DNA of 64,000 nucleotides from an uncultured candidatus Porisulfidus sp. (GTDB taxonomy: Bacteria > Pseudomonadota > Gammaproteobacteria > Poriferisulfidales > Poriferisulfidaceae): assembly GCA_965221375.1 (NCBI GenBank), contig OZ244883.1, forward strand, positions 1,107,893 through 1,171,892, given 5' to 3'. Of the stretch, positions 1 through 11,224 are shown in pieces. How positions within the stretch are numbered: position 1 is the stretch's first letter; the number at the start of each line of letters is the position of its first letter. The position numbers and the translations under genes are program-made. The notes under the pieces are model-generated. The model did no database searches. It was not told the DNA's origin and worked only from the letters and a program-made list of their open reading frames with translations.

Positions 1-382
1 TTCAGCATGTGCCGCAAACATCCCTGGGTCAGTTGGAAGGTCCCGCGCAGATTGGTCGCATACACCTCGTCCCACTCGGCATCCTTCATGCGTAGCAATA
101 AATTGTCGCGAGTGATGCCGGCATTGTTGACCAGAATGGTCGGCAATCGCTGCTGCTCACCCAGCCGCTCAAGCAATGCATCCACGGAGCCCGAATCCTG
201 CAGGTGCAGCAACTCCGCACTGGCCTGTGGGCTTACTTCTTGTAAAGTCGCCGCCAACTTCTCCACACCCTGCTCGGTGGTGGACGTTCCGGTCACGCAC
301 GCGCCCTGCCGAGCCAGCGCCAAAGCAATCGCCTTGCCGATGCCTCGACTGGCGCCCGTCACCAATGCGTGTTCATTCTCCA
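1..382 (-). CDS. fabG: 3-oxoacyl-[acyl-carrier-protein] reductase FabG, N-terminal ~127 codons (gene runs off the window start)
   Basis: Hand translation of the minus strand from ATG 382..380 gives [32 protein letters not shown]...ILVNNAGITRDNLLLRMKDAEWDEVYATNLRGTFQLT (SDR TGxxxGIG and NNAG motifs). Start overlaps the fabD stop (ATGGAGAATGA). Order matches the canonical fabD-fabG arrangement. Not in the ORF track because it is truncated by the window edge. Confidence 0.8.
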
Positions 383-1317
383 TCTGCAGTCGCCTCAAGA
401 GCCTGTTCCAAGGTTTCCGGAGTCTCTACACTCCACGCCGACGCGCCTTTGGCGATCCGCCGGTTCAAGCCTGTCAAAACGCGCCCGGGTCCCAGTTCCA
501 CCAATGTGTCGACGTTTTTCTCGATCATTTTGAGTATACCATCGAACCAGCGTACCGGCGCACAAAGTTGTCGAAACAAAGCATCGCGAATCCGGTCGGA
601 ATCAGTTTCGATTTGTACATCGACATTGTTGATGACAGCAACCTCCGGTGCTGCAAACGAAGTCTTCTCCAACGTCTGCTTAAAACGTTCCGCGGCCGAC
701 AGCATCAGACTGGAATGCGACGGCACACTGACATCCAGCACCACGGCACGACGAGCTCCCTTCTCGCGGCACACCTCGACCGCTTTCTCGACCGCCGTGA
801 CATGGCCCGACAGAACCACCTGCCCCGGCGCATTGAAATTGACCGCCTCCACAATATCCTCGGCAGTTGATAGACTCGCGCAGATTTCGCGAACGGCCTC
901 GTCGTCCAGACCCAGCACCGCCGCCATGCCTCCCACTCCCGGCGCGACCGCTTCCTGCATTAATTCACCGCGCCGACGCACCAACGCGACGGCATCCTCG
1001 AACGTCAAGACTCCCGCAGCCACCAAAGCCGTGTATTCCCCCAGACTGTGTCCGGCGAAATACTGGGGACGACCGCCTCCCTGTTCACACCATACCCGCC
1101 AGACCGAAATGCCCGCAGCCAGCAACGCCGGCTGGGTATTGTGAGTTTGATTCAGTTGCTCCTCCGGGCCTTGACTTGCCAGTTGCCACAGATCCTCATT
1201 CAAGACTTCCGAGGCTTCCGCAAACGTCTCGGACACCCGCGGATACGCCTCCGCCAAATCGGCCAACATGCCCACCCGTTGAGCACCTTGACCGGGAAAC
1301 AAGCAGGCAAAACTCAT
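373..1317 (-). CDS. fabD: malonyl CoA-acyl carrier protein transacylase
   Basis: 314 aa; [11 protein letters not shown]...GHSLGEY (active-site GHSLG) ...VPSHS, typical FabD. Followed by fabG. Confidence 0.9.
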   Translation of the reverse strand: MSFACLFPGQGAQRVGMLADLAEAYPRVSETFAEASEVLNEDLWQLASQGPEEQLNQTHNTQPALLAAGISVWRVWCEQGGGRPQYFAGHSLGEYTALVAAGVLTFEDAVALVRRRGELMQEAVAPGVGGMAAVLGLDDEAVREICASLSTAEDIVEAVNFNAPGQVVLSGHVTAVEKAVEVCREKGARRAVVLDVSVPSHSSLMLSAAERFKQTLEKTSFAAPEVAVINNVDVQIETDSDRIRDALFRQLCAPVRWFDGILKMIEKNVDTLVELGPGRVLTGLNRRIAKGASAWSVETPETLEQALEATADGE

Positions 1318-1390
1318 GCGGATATTGGGGTTGGGTTGAGATTCAGAGCAATTCGCCTGATAATGTAGCCTTGATTTTCAAGCGGATTAG

Positions 1391-1610
1391 TATGCCGAAA
1401 GAAGAACACATTGAAATGGAAGGAGAGGTGACCGAGACCTTGCCGAATACGATGTTTCGGGTCAAACTGGAAAACGGTCACGTGGTAACCGCCCATATCT
1501 CAGGACGTATGCGCAAGCATTATATTCGCATCCTGACCGGAGACAAGGTAACCGTGGCATTGACTCCTTACGACTTGAGTAAAGGACGTATCGTCTACCG
1601 CGTACGCTAA
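1391..1610 (+). CDS. infA: translation initiation factor IF-1
   Basis: 72 aa [72 protein letters not shown], near-identical in pattern to enterobacterial InfA. Lies inside a longer spurious + frame ORF (867..1610). Convergent with clpA as in E. coli. Confidence 0.92.
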
Positions 1611-3880
1611 CTGACGGCCGGCACCAGGGCCGCAGAGGCCCGCGGTTTTGCCGTGATTTTCAGACCCGACTTGTTGGCGCTCAAACGCACCACCCCGCCC
1701 TCTTCCAGCAAACCGTCCAACAGTTTGTCGGCCAACGGCGCCCGCACGTGCTCGCGCACGACACGTTCCATCGGTCGCGCCCCCAACACCGGATCAAACC
1801 CCTCTCGCGCCAGCCAGCGACGGGCCCGCACATCCACCCGCAAATCAATGCCGCGCGGCTTCAATGACGCCTGTAGTTCTCCGACGATTTTGCCCACCAC
1901 CGCCAAAGTGCTGTCTTCATCCAGCGATCCAAACTGCACGATTGCATCCAGGCGATTGCGAAATTCCGGAGCAAATATCCGCTTCACTTCCTGAGTGTTT
2001 TCCTCGCCGTTGTCGGCCGGCGTAAAGCCCATGCGAGCTTGCTCGGCTGCACTGGTGCCGGCATTGCTGGTCAGCGCAATAACGAGATTGCGGAAATCCA
2101 CTTCGCGCCCGTTGCTGTCCGTCAAGCGTCCGTAATCCAAAACCTGCAGCAGCACATTCATCACATCCGGGTGGGCTTTCTCCGCTTCATCCAAAAGCAA
2201 CACCGCATGAGGTTGCCGGATGACCGCTTCCGTCAACAGGCCGCCTTCCTCATGGCCCACATAACCGGGCGGCGCTCCGATCAAACGAGCCGCCGCATGG
2301 CGTTCCATGTATTCCGACATGTCAAAGCGAAGCAGTTTCACCCCCATCGCCAAAGCCAACTGTCGGCACACCTCTGTTTTACCCACACCGGTCGGACCGC
2401 AAAACAAGAAAGAACCGATTGGCCGTTGCTCGGGATTCAATTTGGCACGCGCCACGCTCAGCGCCTGCATGAGTTGCGCAATGGCCGGATCCTGTCCGAA
2501 CACTGTCTCTTTTAGATGTTGCTCGATATGGAGTAAAGATTGCTGGGCAGAAACGCTCACCGTGTCTTGCGGAATACGCGCCATCAACGCCACGGTATGC
2601 TCCACATCCTGAAACTGCACGTCCAATACATCCTCATCCGCAGATTCCATTCGACATCGGGAGCCGGTCTCGTCCATGATGTCAATCGCCTTGTCCGGCA
2701 GACGCCTTCCCGGCAAATGCTTCACGGAAAGATCCACCATGCTCTGAATGACCTCTTTTGCGTAGTGGACCTGGTGATGCTGCTCATAACCCTCTTTCAC
2801 ACCCATCAGAATCTGACCGGTTTCTTTTACCGTCGGCTCCCGCACGTCAATGCTCTGAAAGCGACGCGCCAAAGCCGCATCCGGTTCAAACACGCGACGA
2901 TATTCACGCCAGGTGCACGCCCCAATGCAGCGTAATTCACCCGTGGTCAGGAACGGCTTTAGAAAATCAGCGGCGTCCATGGCCGTACCATTCGCCGCCC
3001 CCGCACCGATCAGCGTATGAATCTCATCGATAAACAGAATCGCATCGGAACGCCGGCGCAGGTCGCCCAATAGATTTTTCATGCGCTCTTCAAAATCCCC
3101 TCGATACCGCGTCCCTGCAACCAGGCCATTCAGATCCAACGACAACAACGTGGCATTGGCCAGTGCCGGAGGCACCTCATTGCGCTCAATATTCCAGGCC
3201 AATCCTTCCGCCAGAGCGGTCTTGCCCACACCCGGTTCGCCGACTAACACGACATTGTTTTTGCGACGGCGCCCCAATATCTGAATCATGCGTCGCATTT
3301 CGTCTTGCCGGCCGATCAGAGCCTCGATGGCGCCCTTTCGAACCTGCTGATTCAAGTTTGTGACGAAATGAGGAGCCGCCGCTTTCTTGCGGGCCGGCAC
3401 CCTCGCTTTTTGGGTGCCGCCTTCCTGTTTGACATCTTCTGCCTGATTCACACCGAAACGTGCGCGATCTACCCGCGCACGCAACTCCGATACCTGATCA
3501 CGATCAATCCCATGCTTGCGCAATAGCTGCACGGCGTAGGAATGCGGTTCCTCGAACAACATCTCCAACACATGAACTCCCGTCGGGATTTCAAAAATCA
3601 TCTGCGCCCGCGCCTGCACGCGACTCGCCCCACGAGTTTCCTCCATTTTTTGAACCGCCCGCTCGCCCCTCGGTGTATAACGCTCAATGAATTCCAGCAA
3701 CTCATCCTGAAAGATGGCGACCGACACATCGTTTTGCTGAAACAGCCCATGGGTCGCCGGCTCCTCCAGGGCGGCCAACACCACATGCTCCAAAGTCACG
3801 TAGTTGTGCCCGCGGGTCGCTGCTAGTCGCCGAATCTTGGCCAGCGAACGCTCAAAAGGTTCGCTAAATGTGCCGCTCAT
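1607..3880 (-). CDS. clpA: ATP-dependent Clp protease ATP-binding subunit ClpA
   Basis: 757 aa from ATG 3880 ([13 protein letters not shown]...), preceded by GGAGAGGG RBS. Two AAA+ modules (GEPGVGKTA and GPTGVGKTE Walker A). The ORF-track start at 3913 adds an 11-aa extension that is probably not translated. No clpS ORF of at least 60 aa upstream. Confidence 0.9.
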   Translation of the reverse strand: MSGTFSEPFERSLAKIRRLAATRGHNYVTLEHVVLAALEEPATHGLFQQNDVSVAIFQDELLEFIERYTPRGERAVQKMEETRGASRVQARAQMIFEIPTGVHVLEMLFEEPHSYAVQLLRKHGIDRDQVSELRARVDRARFGVNQAEDVKQEGGTQKARVPARKKAAAPHFVTNLNQQVRKGAIEALIGRQDEMRRMIQILGRRRKNNVVLVGEPGVGKTALAEGLAWNIERNEVPPALANATLLSLDLNGLVAGTRYRGDFEERMKNLLGDLRRRSDAILFIDEIHTLIGAGAANGTAMDAADFLKPFLTTGELRCIGACTWREYRRVFEPDAALARRFQSIDVREPTVKETGQILMGVKEGYEQHHQVHYAKEVIQSMVDLSVKHLPGRRLPDKAIDIMDETGSRCRMESADEDVLDVQFQDVEHTVALMARIPQDTVSVSAQQSLLHIEQHLKETVFGQDPAIAQLMQALSVARAKLNPEQRPIGSFLFCGPTGVGKTEVCRQLALAMGVKLLRFDMSEYMERHAAARLIGAPPGYVGHEEGGLLTEAVIRQPHAVLLLDEAEKAHPDVMNVLLQVLDYGRLTDSNGREVDFRNLVIALTSNAGTSAAEQARMGFTPADNGEENTQEVKRIFAPEFRNRLDAIVQFGSLDEDSTLAVVGKIVGELQASLKPRGIDLRVDVRARRWLAREGFDPVLGARPMERVVREHVRAPLADKLLDGLLEEGGVVRLSANKSGLKITAKPRASAALVPAVS

Positions 3881-4046
3881 TCCACCCTCTCCTCGACACG
3901 AGCCTGCACCCACTTGATCCGCCTTATCCGTGTCAGTGTCATGGTCTATTCACCCGCACTCCATTTGACCTTTCGATTCGGAGCGCATCATAAAATATGC
4001 TTTCACTCTAGCATATTCATCTGCTGCTTGCCACACGATTCCTGTC

Positions 4047-4505
4047 ATGAGTTGGACCCCGCATCTGACGGTCGCCGCCATTGCCGAACGAGACGGCAAA
4101 TTTTTACTGGTCGAGGAACGTGTGGGAGATGCCGTGGTGATTAATCAGCCCGCGGGACACGTGGAAGCCCACGAATCTTTGGTTGAAGCCTGCGCTCGAG
4201 AAATTCGCGAAGAAGCCGCCTGGGACTTTCGACCGGAAGCGTTGGTCGGCATTTATCAATACGAACCTCCCAGCACTGCCGATCAGCACATGTATCTGCG
4301 TTTTGCTTTTTGTGGCCGCCTGCTCCAAGATTACCCTGAGCAAAGCTTGGATGACACCATCATGCGGGCCTTATGGTTGACACGCGACGAAGTCGCGAGC
4401 CTGCCGGAACAACAAAAACGCAGCCCCATGGTTTTGCAGTGCATCGATGATTATCTGTCCGGCACTCGACATCCACTGACCTTGCTGCACACCCAAGCGC
4501 CCTGA
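4047..4505 (+). CDS. NUDIX hydrolase (NudJ-like)
   Basis: 152 aa with Nudix box GHVEAHESLVEACAREIREEAAW. Sits immediately upstream of mnmA, as nudJ does in E. coli. Confidence 0.75.
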   Translation: MSWTPHLTVAAIAERDGKFLLVEERVGDAVVINQPAGHVEAHESLVEACAREIREEAAWDFRPEALVGIYQYEPPSTADQHMYLRFAFCGRLLQDYPEQSLDDTIMRALWLTRDEVASLPEQQKRSPMVLQCIDDYLSGTRHPLTLLHTQAP

Positions 4506-4509
4506 AGTC

Positions 4510-5586
4510 ATGACCGCGACCCTCCTGGTCGGACTCTCCGGTGGCGTGGATTCGGCGGTGGCCGCCTGGAAGTTGCGCGAGGCTGGCCACTCCGTCGAGG
4601 CCCTCTTCATGAAGAACTGGGAAGAGGACGATACGGAGGAATATTGCGCAGCCGCCACCGATCTGCACGATGCGCAACAAATCTGCGAACAACTAAACCT
4701 TCGCCTTCACACCGTTAATTTTTCAGCCGATTACTGGGAGCGTGTGTTTGAGCAGTTTCTGGCCGAATACGCCGCCGGGCGCACACCCAATCCCGATATC
4801 CTGTGCAACCGCGAAATTAAGTTTCGTGCGTTTCTGGACTACGCACGCAACCTCGGAGCTCAAAGCATCGCCACCGGTCACTATGCGGGGATTCGCCCCG
4901 GCACTCCGACGCAACTCATCCAGGCAAAAGACGCCGCTAAAGATCAAACCTACTTCCTACATCTTCTCAATCAGGAACAACTGAAAGCCAGTATGTTCCC
5001 GCTGCAGCCCTTGCTCAAACAGGAAGTCCGCGAGATCGCCCGAAAATTAAAACTGCCGGTACATGACAAGAAAGACAGTACTGGAATCTGTTTTATTGGC
5101 GAGCGCAGGTTTCAGGATTTTCTAGCGCAATACATCCCTTCCGACCCCGGACCCATCGTCGATGACGCCGGTCAGGTGCTCGGTGAACATATCGGTCTCC
5201 CCTTCTACACACTGGGCCAGCGTACTGGTCTGGGCATCGGCGGAGTGGCCGGTGCCCGGGAAGCCCCGTGGTATGTCGTCGGCAAAGACTCCAGTGACCA
5301 GCGCCTGATGGTGACCCAAAATCGCCAGCACCCTGTACTAAATATCCGCAAACTGCAGATTAACCCGCCACACTGGATTGCGGAAACACCGCCCTATACA
5401 AACTCACTCCAGGTACGCATTCGACACCGACAACCCCTTCAGACCTGCACGCTGGAACTGGATCAAAGCCAGCCCATCGTGCATTTCGATCTGCCCCAAT
5501 GGGCGCCCGCTCCTGGACAGTCAGTGGTCTTTTATCAGGACGATATTTGCCTGGGGGGAGGCGTGATTACCCGAAATCTGTACTGA
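4510..5586 (+). CDS. mnmA: tRNA-specific 2-thiouridylase MnmA
   Basis: 358 aa; PP-loop VGLSGGVDSAV, conserved CNREIKF, C-terminal beta-barrel region; MnmA/TrmU family. Confidence 0.9.
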   Translation: MTATLLVGLSGGVDSAVAAWKLREAGHSVEALFMKNWEEDDTEEYCAAATDLHDAQQICEQLNLRLHTVNFSADYWERVFEQFLAEYAAGRTPNPDILCNREIKFRAFLDYARNLGAQSIATGHYAGIRPGTPTQLIQAKDAAKDQTYFLHLLNQEQLKASMFPLQPLLKQEVREIARKLKLPVHDKKDSTGICFIGERRFQDFLAQYIPSDPGPIVDDAGQVLGEHIGLPFYTLGQRTGLGIGGVAGAREAPWYVVGKDSSDQRLMVTQNRQHPVLNIRKLQINPPHWIAETPPYTNSLQVRIRHRQPLQTCTLELDQSQPIVHFDLPQWAPAPGQSVVFYQDDICLGGGVITRNLY

Positions 5587-5601
5587 ACGCTCTCGGCGAC
5601 T

Positions 5602-5621
5602 TTTTCGCATGTATGCGAAAA
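5602..5621. promoter_or_regulatory. 20-bp inverted repeat TTTTCGCATGTATGCGAAAA between mnmA and acnA (candidate operator or weak terminator)
   Basis: Read directly: 9-bp arms TTTTCGCAT / ATGCGAAAA with a 2-nt centre, 16 nt after the mnmA stop and ~80 nt before the acnA start. Confidence 0.35.
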
Positions 5622-5698
5622 TATGCGCCTCATTTCAGTGGGACATAATGCCCAAGCCTACAGGACAACCAATAAAAATTTGATGAGAAAACAATATT

Positions 5699-8368
5699 AT
5701 GGTAAATAGTTTTGAAACAAAATCTACGTTGAAAATCCACGGAGAAGACTATCAGATCTATCGCTTGAGCGGCCTTGAAGGTGCCGAACGACTGCCCTTC
5801 TCGCTGAAAATTTTGCTGGAAAACCTGTTGCGCTTTGAAGACGGCCGCACCGTCACCCGCGACGATATTGAGGCCCTGCTGAACTGGAACCCGACGGCGG
5901 ACTCCAATCAGGAAATCGCCTTTCGACCGGCCCGCGTCCTAATGCAGGACTTTACCGGCGTACCGGCCGTTGTCGATCTCGCCGCCATGCGCAGCGCCAT
6001 CAGCTCCCTGGGAGGAAACCCGGAGCGTATCAACCCACTACAGCCCGCGGAACTGGTAATCGACCACTCGGTACAAGTCGACCAGTTCGCTAACGACCAG
6101 GCATTCGACCTCAATGCCAAACTGGAATTCGACCGGAATCAGGAACGCTACCGATTCCTGAAATGGGGACAGGACGCCTTCAGCAATTTCAAGGTCGTTC
6201 CCCCCGACACCGGCATCGTTCATCAGGTCAACCTGGAATATCTGGCGCGAGTGATTTTTGCCCAGGAACGCGATGGCGTTCTGGAAGCTTATCCTGACAC
6301 CCTGGTGGGCACCGACTCGCACACCACCATGATCAATGGCATTGGCGTATTGGGCTGGGGCGTCGGCGGCATTGAGGCAGAAGCTTCGATGCTGGGCCAA
6401 CCGATCTCCATGCTGATTCCCCGAGTCGTCGGTTTCAAATTAACCGGCGCTCTGCCGGAGGGTGCGACCAGCACGGATTTGGTGTTGACGATTGTGCAGA
6501 TGCTGCGCGCCCATGGGGTTGTCGGCAAGTTTGTGGAATTCTACGGAGACGGACTGGATCATCTCTCTATCGGCGATCGCGCCACCATCGCCAACATGGC
6601 CCCCGAATATGGCGCCACTTGCGGGCTGTTCCCTATTGATGGGGAAACACTGGAATATCTGCGCCTGACCAACCGCGATCCTAACTTGATTGCCCGTGTG
6701 GAAGCCTATGCGAAAGAACAAGGCATGTGGCGAGGAATCCAGGATGACGCCGTTGTCTACAGCGAGGCGCTGGAATTGGAACTGGGCACAGTAGAACCCA
6801 GCCTGGCCGGACCCAAGCGTCCTCAGGACCGCGTGCCGCTGCGCGAAGCCGCCCAACAATTCCAGACGCAATTGACGGAAATCAATCAGCAGCGAGGCAA
6901 AACCGAAGCCGCCCGCACCCACGCTGAACTGGGTGGAGAGTCTTGCGAAATTGGAGACGGGATGGTGGCGATTGCAGCCATCACCTCCTGCACTAACACC
7001 TCGAACCCCGCCGTGATGATCGGAGCGGGGCTGGTCGCGAAAAAAGCGGTGGAGCTGGGCCTGAAAACACAACCCTGGGTCAAAACGTCATTGGCCCCCG
7101 GCTCACGTGTCGTCACCGATTATCTGGAGAATGCGGGTTTGATGGACGCCTTGGAAACACTCGGCTTTCATTTGGTCGGGTACGGCTGCACGACCTGCAT
7201 CGGCAACTCCGGCCCCCTGCCGGAGGAGATTTCCGAACTGATTTCCGAAAACAATCTGACCGCGGTTTCCGTGTTGTCCGGCAACCGAAATTTTGAAGGC
7301 CGCATTCATGCGCAAGTCCTGATGAACTACCTGGCCTCTCCGCCGCTGGTCGTTGCCTACGCCATCGCCGGCAGTATGGACTTGGATCTGTACAACGACG
7401 CACTGGCGACCACTGAAGACGGCAAAGAAGTTTTCCTGAAGGATATATGGCCAACGCAGCAGGAAATCTCGGAGGTCATGAATAATGCCCTGGATGCCGC
7501 ACAGTTTCAGAAAAGCTACCAGAGCGTCTTCGAAGGCGATCAGAATTGGGGCGAATTAGCCTCGGCTGCAAGTCGACTGTATGAGTGGCCCGACTCCACT
7601 TACGTCTCCCATCCGCCGTACTTTGAAAACATGTCCATGGAAATTGGCGATGTCACGGACATCACCGGAGCGCGCGTACTCGCCTATTTAGGCGATTCCG
7701 TCACGACCGACCATATTTCACCCGCCGGCGCCATCGCCGAAGACAGCCCCGCCGGAAAGTATCTAAAAGAACGCGGCGTCCTGCCCGCCGACTTCAACTC
7801 TTACGGTTCACGACGGGGCAACCACGAAATCATGATGCGTGGTACTTTCGCCAATATCCGCCTGCGCAATCAACTGGCCAACGGCGTGGAAGGAGGAGTC
7901 ACCTGTCACCTCCCCAGCGGTGAACTGATGCCGATTTTTGATGCAGCCATGAAATACCGGGAAGAAGGTACTCCCTTAATCGTGCTTGCAGGCCAAGAGT
8001 ACGGATGCGGCTCTTCCCGCGACTGGGCGGCCAAAGGCCCTCGTCTGCAGGGAGTGCGCGCCGTTATTGCCGAAAGCTATGAACGTATTCACCGCTCCAA
8101 CCTGATTGGCATGGGCATCCTGCCATTGCAGTTTTCAGAAGGTGAGAGCGCGGAATCTTTGGGACTCAGCGGCAAAGAGCACTTCGACATCACCGGGCTT
8201 TCCGACGCTCAGGAAATGCCCAAGCAATTGACTGTGACCGCCCGCTCCGGAAATGGCAGCGAAGACAAATCATTTTCGGTCGTCGTGCGCATTGATACGC
8301 CGCAGGAAGTGGAGTACTACCGCCACGGCGGCATTCTGCACTACGTGCTCCGGCAGCTGGCTGCCTGA
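5699..8368 (+). CDS. acnA: aconitate hydratase A
   Basis: 889 aa; AcnA/IRP family pattern including the Fe-S ligand region [10 protein letters not shown] ... [10 protein letters not shown] and the C-terminal swivel domain. Confidence 0.92.
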   Translation: MVNSFETKSTLKIHGEDYQIYRLSGLEGAERLPFSLKILLENLLRFEDGRTVTRDDIEALLNWNPTADSNQEIAFRPARVLMQDFTGVPAVVDLAAMRSAISSLGGNPERINPLQPAELVIDHSVQVDQFANDQAFDLNAKLEFDRNQERYRFLKWGQDAFSNFKVVPPDTGIVHQVNLEYLARVIFAQERDGVLEAYPDTLVGTDSHTTMINGIGVLGWGVGGIEAEASMLGQPISMLIPRVVGFKLTGALPEGATSTDLVLTIVQMLRAHGVVGKFVEFYGDGLDHLSIGDRATIANMAPEYGATCGLFPIDGETLEYLRLTNRDPNLIARVEAYAKEQGMWRGIQDDAVVYSEALELELGTVEPSLAGPKRPQDRVPLREAAQQFQTQLTEINQQRGKTEAARTHAELGGESCEIGDGMVAIAAITSCTNTSNPAVMIGAGLVAKKAVELGLKTQPWVKTSLAPGSRVVTDYLENAGLMDALETLGFHLVGYGCTTCIGNSGPLPEEISELISENNLTAVSVLSGNRNFEGRIHAQVLMNYLASPPLVVAYAIAGSMDLDLYNDALATTEDGKEVFLKDIWPTQQEISEVMNNALDAAQFQKSYQSVFEGDQNWGELASAASRLYEWPDSTYVSHPPYFENMSMEIGDVTDITGARVLAYLGDSVTTDHISPAGAIAEDSPAGKYLKERGVLPADFNSYGSRRGNHEIMMRGTFANIRLRNQLANGVEGGVTCHLPSGELMPIFDAAMKYREEGTPLIVLAGQEYGCGSSRDWAAKGPRLQGVRAVIAESYERIHRSNLIGMGILPLQFSEGESAESLGLSGKEHFDITGLSDAQEMPKQLTVTARSGNGSEDKSFSVVVRIDTPQEVEYYRHGGILHYVLRQLAA

Positions 8369-8373
8369 GCGAA

Positions 8374-9759
8374 TTATTCGCGGATGCCGCCCTGCGTCAG
8401 CGCAACGGCATCCAGTAAGCGGCGTAAATCATCTTCCGATAAATCCGTCTGCTCGCGTGCGACATCCAGCACCGGGCGCATTTCCGCATACGCCTGCTTC
8501 GCGATCGCCGCACCTTTCTCATAGCCGATCACCGTATTGAGCGCCGTCACCAAAATCGGATTGCGCTCCAAAGGCTGCTGTAAAGCCATTTCATTGACGG
8601 TAAAACCGGCAATCGCCCGGTCCGCCAGAATGCGTGAAGCATTACCCAATATCTCAATGCTTTGTAAAAGGTTATAGGCAATCACCGGCAGCATGACATT
8701 GAGCTGAAAATTCCCGGATTGACCCGCCACCGTAATGGTGGCGTCATTGCCGATCACTTGTGCTGCCGCCATCGCCACAGATTCCGGAACCACCGGGTTG
8801 ACCTTCCCCGGCATGATGCTGCTACCGGGCTGTAATGCCGGTAAGCATATTTCGCCCAGCCCTGCCAAAGGCCCGGAATTCATCCAACGCAGATCGTTGG
8901 CGATTTTCATCAGACTCACCGCAACCGTTTTCAGTTGCCCGCTCATCTCGACTGCCGCGTCTTGAGCCGCCAGACCTTCGAATTTGTCCGGTTTTGAGGA
9001 AAACCGAACCCCGGTGTTTTCTTGGAGAACTGCAACAAAGGTCGCGGCGAATTCTTCCGGGGCATTAATTCCACTGCCGACCGCCGTGCCTCCCTGTGCC
9101 AGCTCATGCAGGCGTGTCAAAGCATTTTCCACGCGGTCGATGCCGTAGCCGATTTGATGCTTCCAGGCATGCACTTCCTGTGACATGCGAACCGGCATCG
9201 CATCCATCAGATGCGTGCGGCCCGTCTTGACATATTTCTCCAACTCCTCCGCCTTGGTCTGCAGGGTCTGTTGGAGGTGGGCCAAAGCCGGCAGCATCTG
9301 CTTGTCAATCAAAATACAGGCGCTCACGTGGATGGCCGTCGGAATCACGTCATTTGAACTCTGACTCATATTCACGTGATCGTTCGGATGTATTCCAGTT
9401 CCCGCCAATTGGGCAATCACTTCATTCACATTCATATTCGTGCTGGTGCCGGAACCGGTTTGAAACACATCCACCGGAAAGTGCTCATCATGCAGTCCGT
9501 CCGCTACTTCTTGCGCGGTCTTTGCAATAGCCGCCGCCTGTTTATGGGACAGGAGATCCAATTTCTCGTTCGCCTGCGCGCAGGCGCGTTTTACTTCACC
9601 CAAGCCACGCAGGAAACTGCGGGGCATCCGTAATCCGCTCACCGGGAAATTTTCGACAGCGCGCTGGGTCTGCGCACCATAAAGCGCATCTTGGGGCACT
9701 TCCACTTCGCCCATGCTGTCCTTTTCAATTCGAGACGCGGCCATAGTCCTGACACTCAA
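8374..9759 (-). CDS. fumC: class II fumarate hydratase (aspartase/fumarase superfamily)
   Basis: 461 aa; RIEKDSMGEVEVP...GAQTQR N-terminus, GSSIMPGKVNP signature, VTALNTVIGYEKGAAIAKQA C-terminal motif typical of FumC rather than AspA. Start could instead be the Met 5 codons in (MAASRIEK). Confidence 0.8.
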   Translation of the reverse strand: MSVRTMAASRIEKDSMGEVEVPQDALYGAQTQRAVENFPVSGLRMPRSFLRGLGEVKRACAQANEKLDLLSHKQAAAIAKTAQEVADGLHDEHFPVDVFQTGSGTSTNMNVNEVIAQLAGTGIHPNDHVNMSQSSNDVIPTAIHVSACILIDKQMLPALAHLQQTLQTKAEELEKYVKTGRTHLMDAMPVRMSQEVHAWKHQIGYGIDRVENALTRLHELAQGGTAVGSGINAPEEFAATFVAVLQENTGVRFSSKPDKFEGLAAQDAAVEMSGQLKTVAVSLMKIANDLRWMNSGPLAGLGEICLPALQPGSSIMPGKVNPVVPESVAMAAAQVIGNDATITVAGQSGNFQLNVMLPVIAYNLLQSIEILGNASRILADRAIAGFTVNEMALQQPLERNPILVTALNTVIGYEKGAAIAKQAYAEMRPVLDVAREQTDLSEDDLRRLLDAVALTQGGIRE

Positions 9760-9812
9760 AGTTGTATGTGCGGAAAGTATAATAAACCTTTATTGCCGAA
9801 ACCGCCTTACTT

Positions 9813-11186
9813 TTGTTGGAACTCTCACCGTTGACCGCCCTGTCGCCAGTGGATGGGCGCTATTTCCAAAACAGCGGAAACCAACTCCGCCAACTCTTCT
9901 CCGAATTCGGATTAATCAAACACCGCCTGGAAATTGAGGTCGCATGGCTAATTTCTTTGTCTGATCACCCGAACATTTCTGAAGTCCCCGCGCTTGCCGA
10001 AACAGGCCGAGAAAAACTGCAGGCTTTAGTCGCGCAGTTTTCTGTGGAGCAGGCGCAAACAGTCAAAAATATCGAGAAAGACACCAACCACGATGTCAAG
10101 GCGCTGGAATACTATCTGCGCCAGCACTTGGTTGAAGACCCCGAACTGGCTCCCCTGGAAGGTTTTATTCATTTCGCTTGTACCTCCTGGGATGTCAACC
10201 ATCCCGCCTATGCGCTGATGCTCAACCGCGCGCGCAGCGAGGTGTTGCTGCCGGCACTGGAACAATTGACCCAGCAAATTCGTGACATGGCCCATGCCCA
10301 CGCAGACCAGCCCACGCTGTCACGCACCCATGGGCAACCGGCATCTCCCACCACGTTGGGCAAAGAATTGGCCGTCACCGTTGCCCGTCTGCAGCGGCAA
10401 CTGCAACATCTACACGAAATGCAATTCCTGGCCAAGATGAGTGGCGCCACCGGTAACTACAACGCGCACCTGGCCGCCTATCCGGAAATAGACTGGCCAG
10501 CCCACGCCGCGCAGACCCTGCAGTCGTTGGGACTCGAAATGAATCCGTGGACCACACAAATCGAACCCTACGACCAGTTTGCGGAATTCTTTCATGCCCT
10601 GATTCGTATCAACAATGTATTGACCGATTTTGCTCGTGACATTTGGCAATACATCTCCTTGGGTTATTTCCAGCAGAAGACCAAAGAAGGCGAAGTGGGC
10701 TCCTCCACGATGCCCCACAAAGTCAACCCGATTGATTTTGAAAACGCGGAAGGCAATCTGGGATTGGCCAACGCCGAACTGAATTACTACGCAAGCAAAC
10801 TGCCCATCTCACGCCTGCAACGGGACTTGAGTGACTCTACCGTGCTGCGCAACATGGGTACCACATTGGCCTCCAGTGTCAACGCCTATGGAGCGCTGTC
10901 GCGCGGCCTCAACAAGTTGGAAGTCGATGCGGCAGTGCTTGAGAAGGACTTGGCGGACTGTCCTGAAGTCTTGGCCGAGGCCATACAAACCGTAATGAAA
11001 CGCTATGGCTTGCCGGATCCCTATGAACAATTAAAAACCTTCACGCGAGGCCAGCGCATCACTTTAGAAAGTCTCCACGAATTGATCGCCACATTAGAGT
11101 TGCCGGATGATGTCAAGGAACGGCTCATGAAAATGGAAGCAAAAGATTACATCGGCCACGCCGCCGAGCTCGCACGTAAGATCTGA
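9813..11186 (+). CDS. purB: adenylosuccinate lyase
   Basis: 457 aa; MLELSPLTALSPVDGRY N-terminus, SRTHGQPASPTT, GSSTMPHKVNPIDFEN signature; collinear with E. coli PurB. Confidence 0.93.
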   Translation: MLELSPLTALSPVDGRYFQNSGNQLRQLFSEFGLIKHRLEIEVAWLISLSDHPNISEVPALAETGREKLQALVAQFSVEQAQTVKNIEKDTNHDVKALEYYLRQHLVEDPELAPLEGFIHFACTSWDVNHPAYALMLNRARSEVLLPALEQLTQQIRDMAHAHADQPTLSRTHGQPASPTTLGKELAVTVARLQRQLQHLHEMQFLAKMSGATGNYNAHLAAYPEIDWPAHAAQTLQSLGLEMNPWTTQIEPYDQFAEFFHALIRINNVLTDFARDIWQYISLGYFQQKTKEGEVGSSTMPHKVNPIDFENAEGNLGLANAELNYYASKLPISRLQRDLSDSTVLRNMGTTLASSVNAYGALSRGLNKLEVDAAVLEKDLADCPEVLAEAIQTVMKRYGLPDPYEQLKTFTRGQRITLESLHELIATLELPDDVKERLMKMEAKDYIGHAAELARKI

Positions 11187-11224
11187 AAGCACGCCCACGG
11201 CCTGGGCGCAAAAATATATGGCCC

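Noticed and set aside
7-1144. Long + strand ORFs (287 aa and 322 aa) overlapping fabG and fabD
   Set aside because: Low-complexity Ala/Arg/Ser/Pro-rich translations typical of antisense frames in GC-rich coding DNA. The minus strand gives clean FabG and FabD.
867-1610. 247-aa + strand ORF
   Set aside because: Only its last 72 codons (infA) look real. The upstream part is Pro/Arg-rich antisense of fabD.
11199-11215. Hairpin CGCCCA-CGGCC-TGGGCG between purB and thrC as bidirectional terminator
   Set aside because: No T-tract on either side. Possibly a weak structure, not called.
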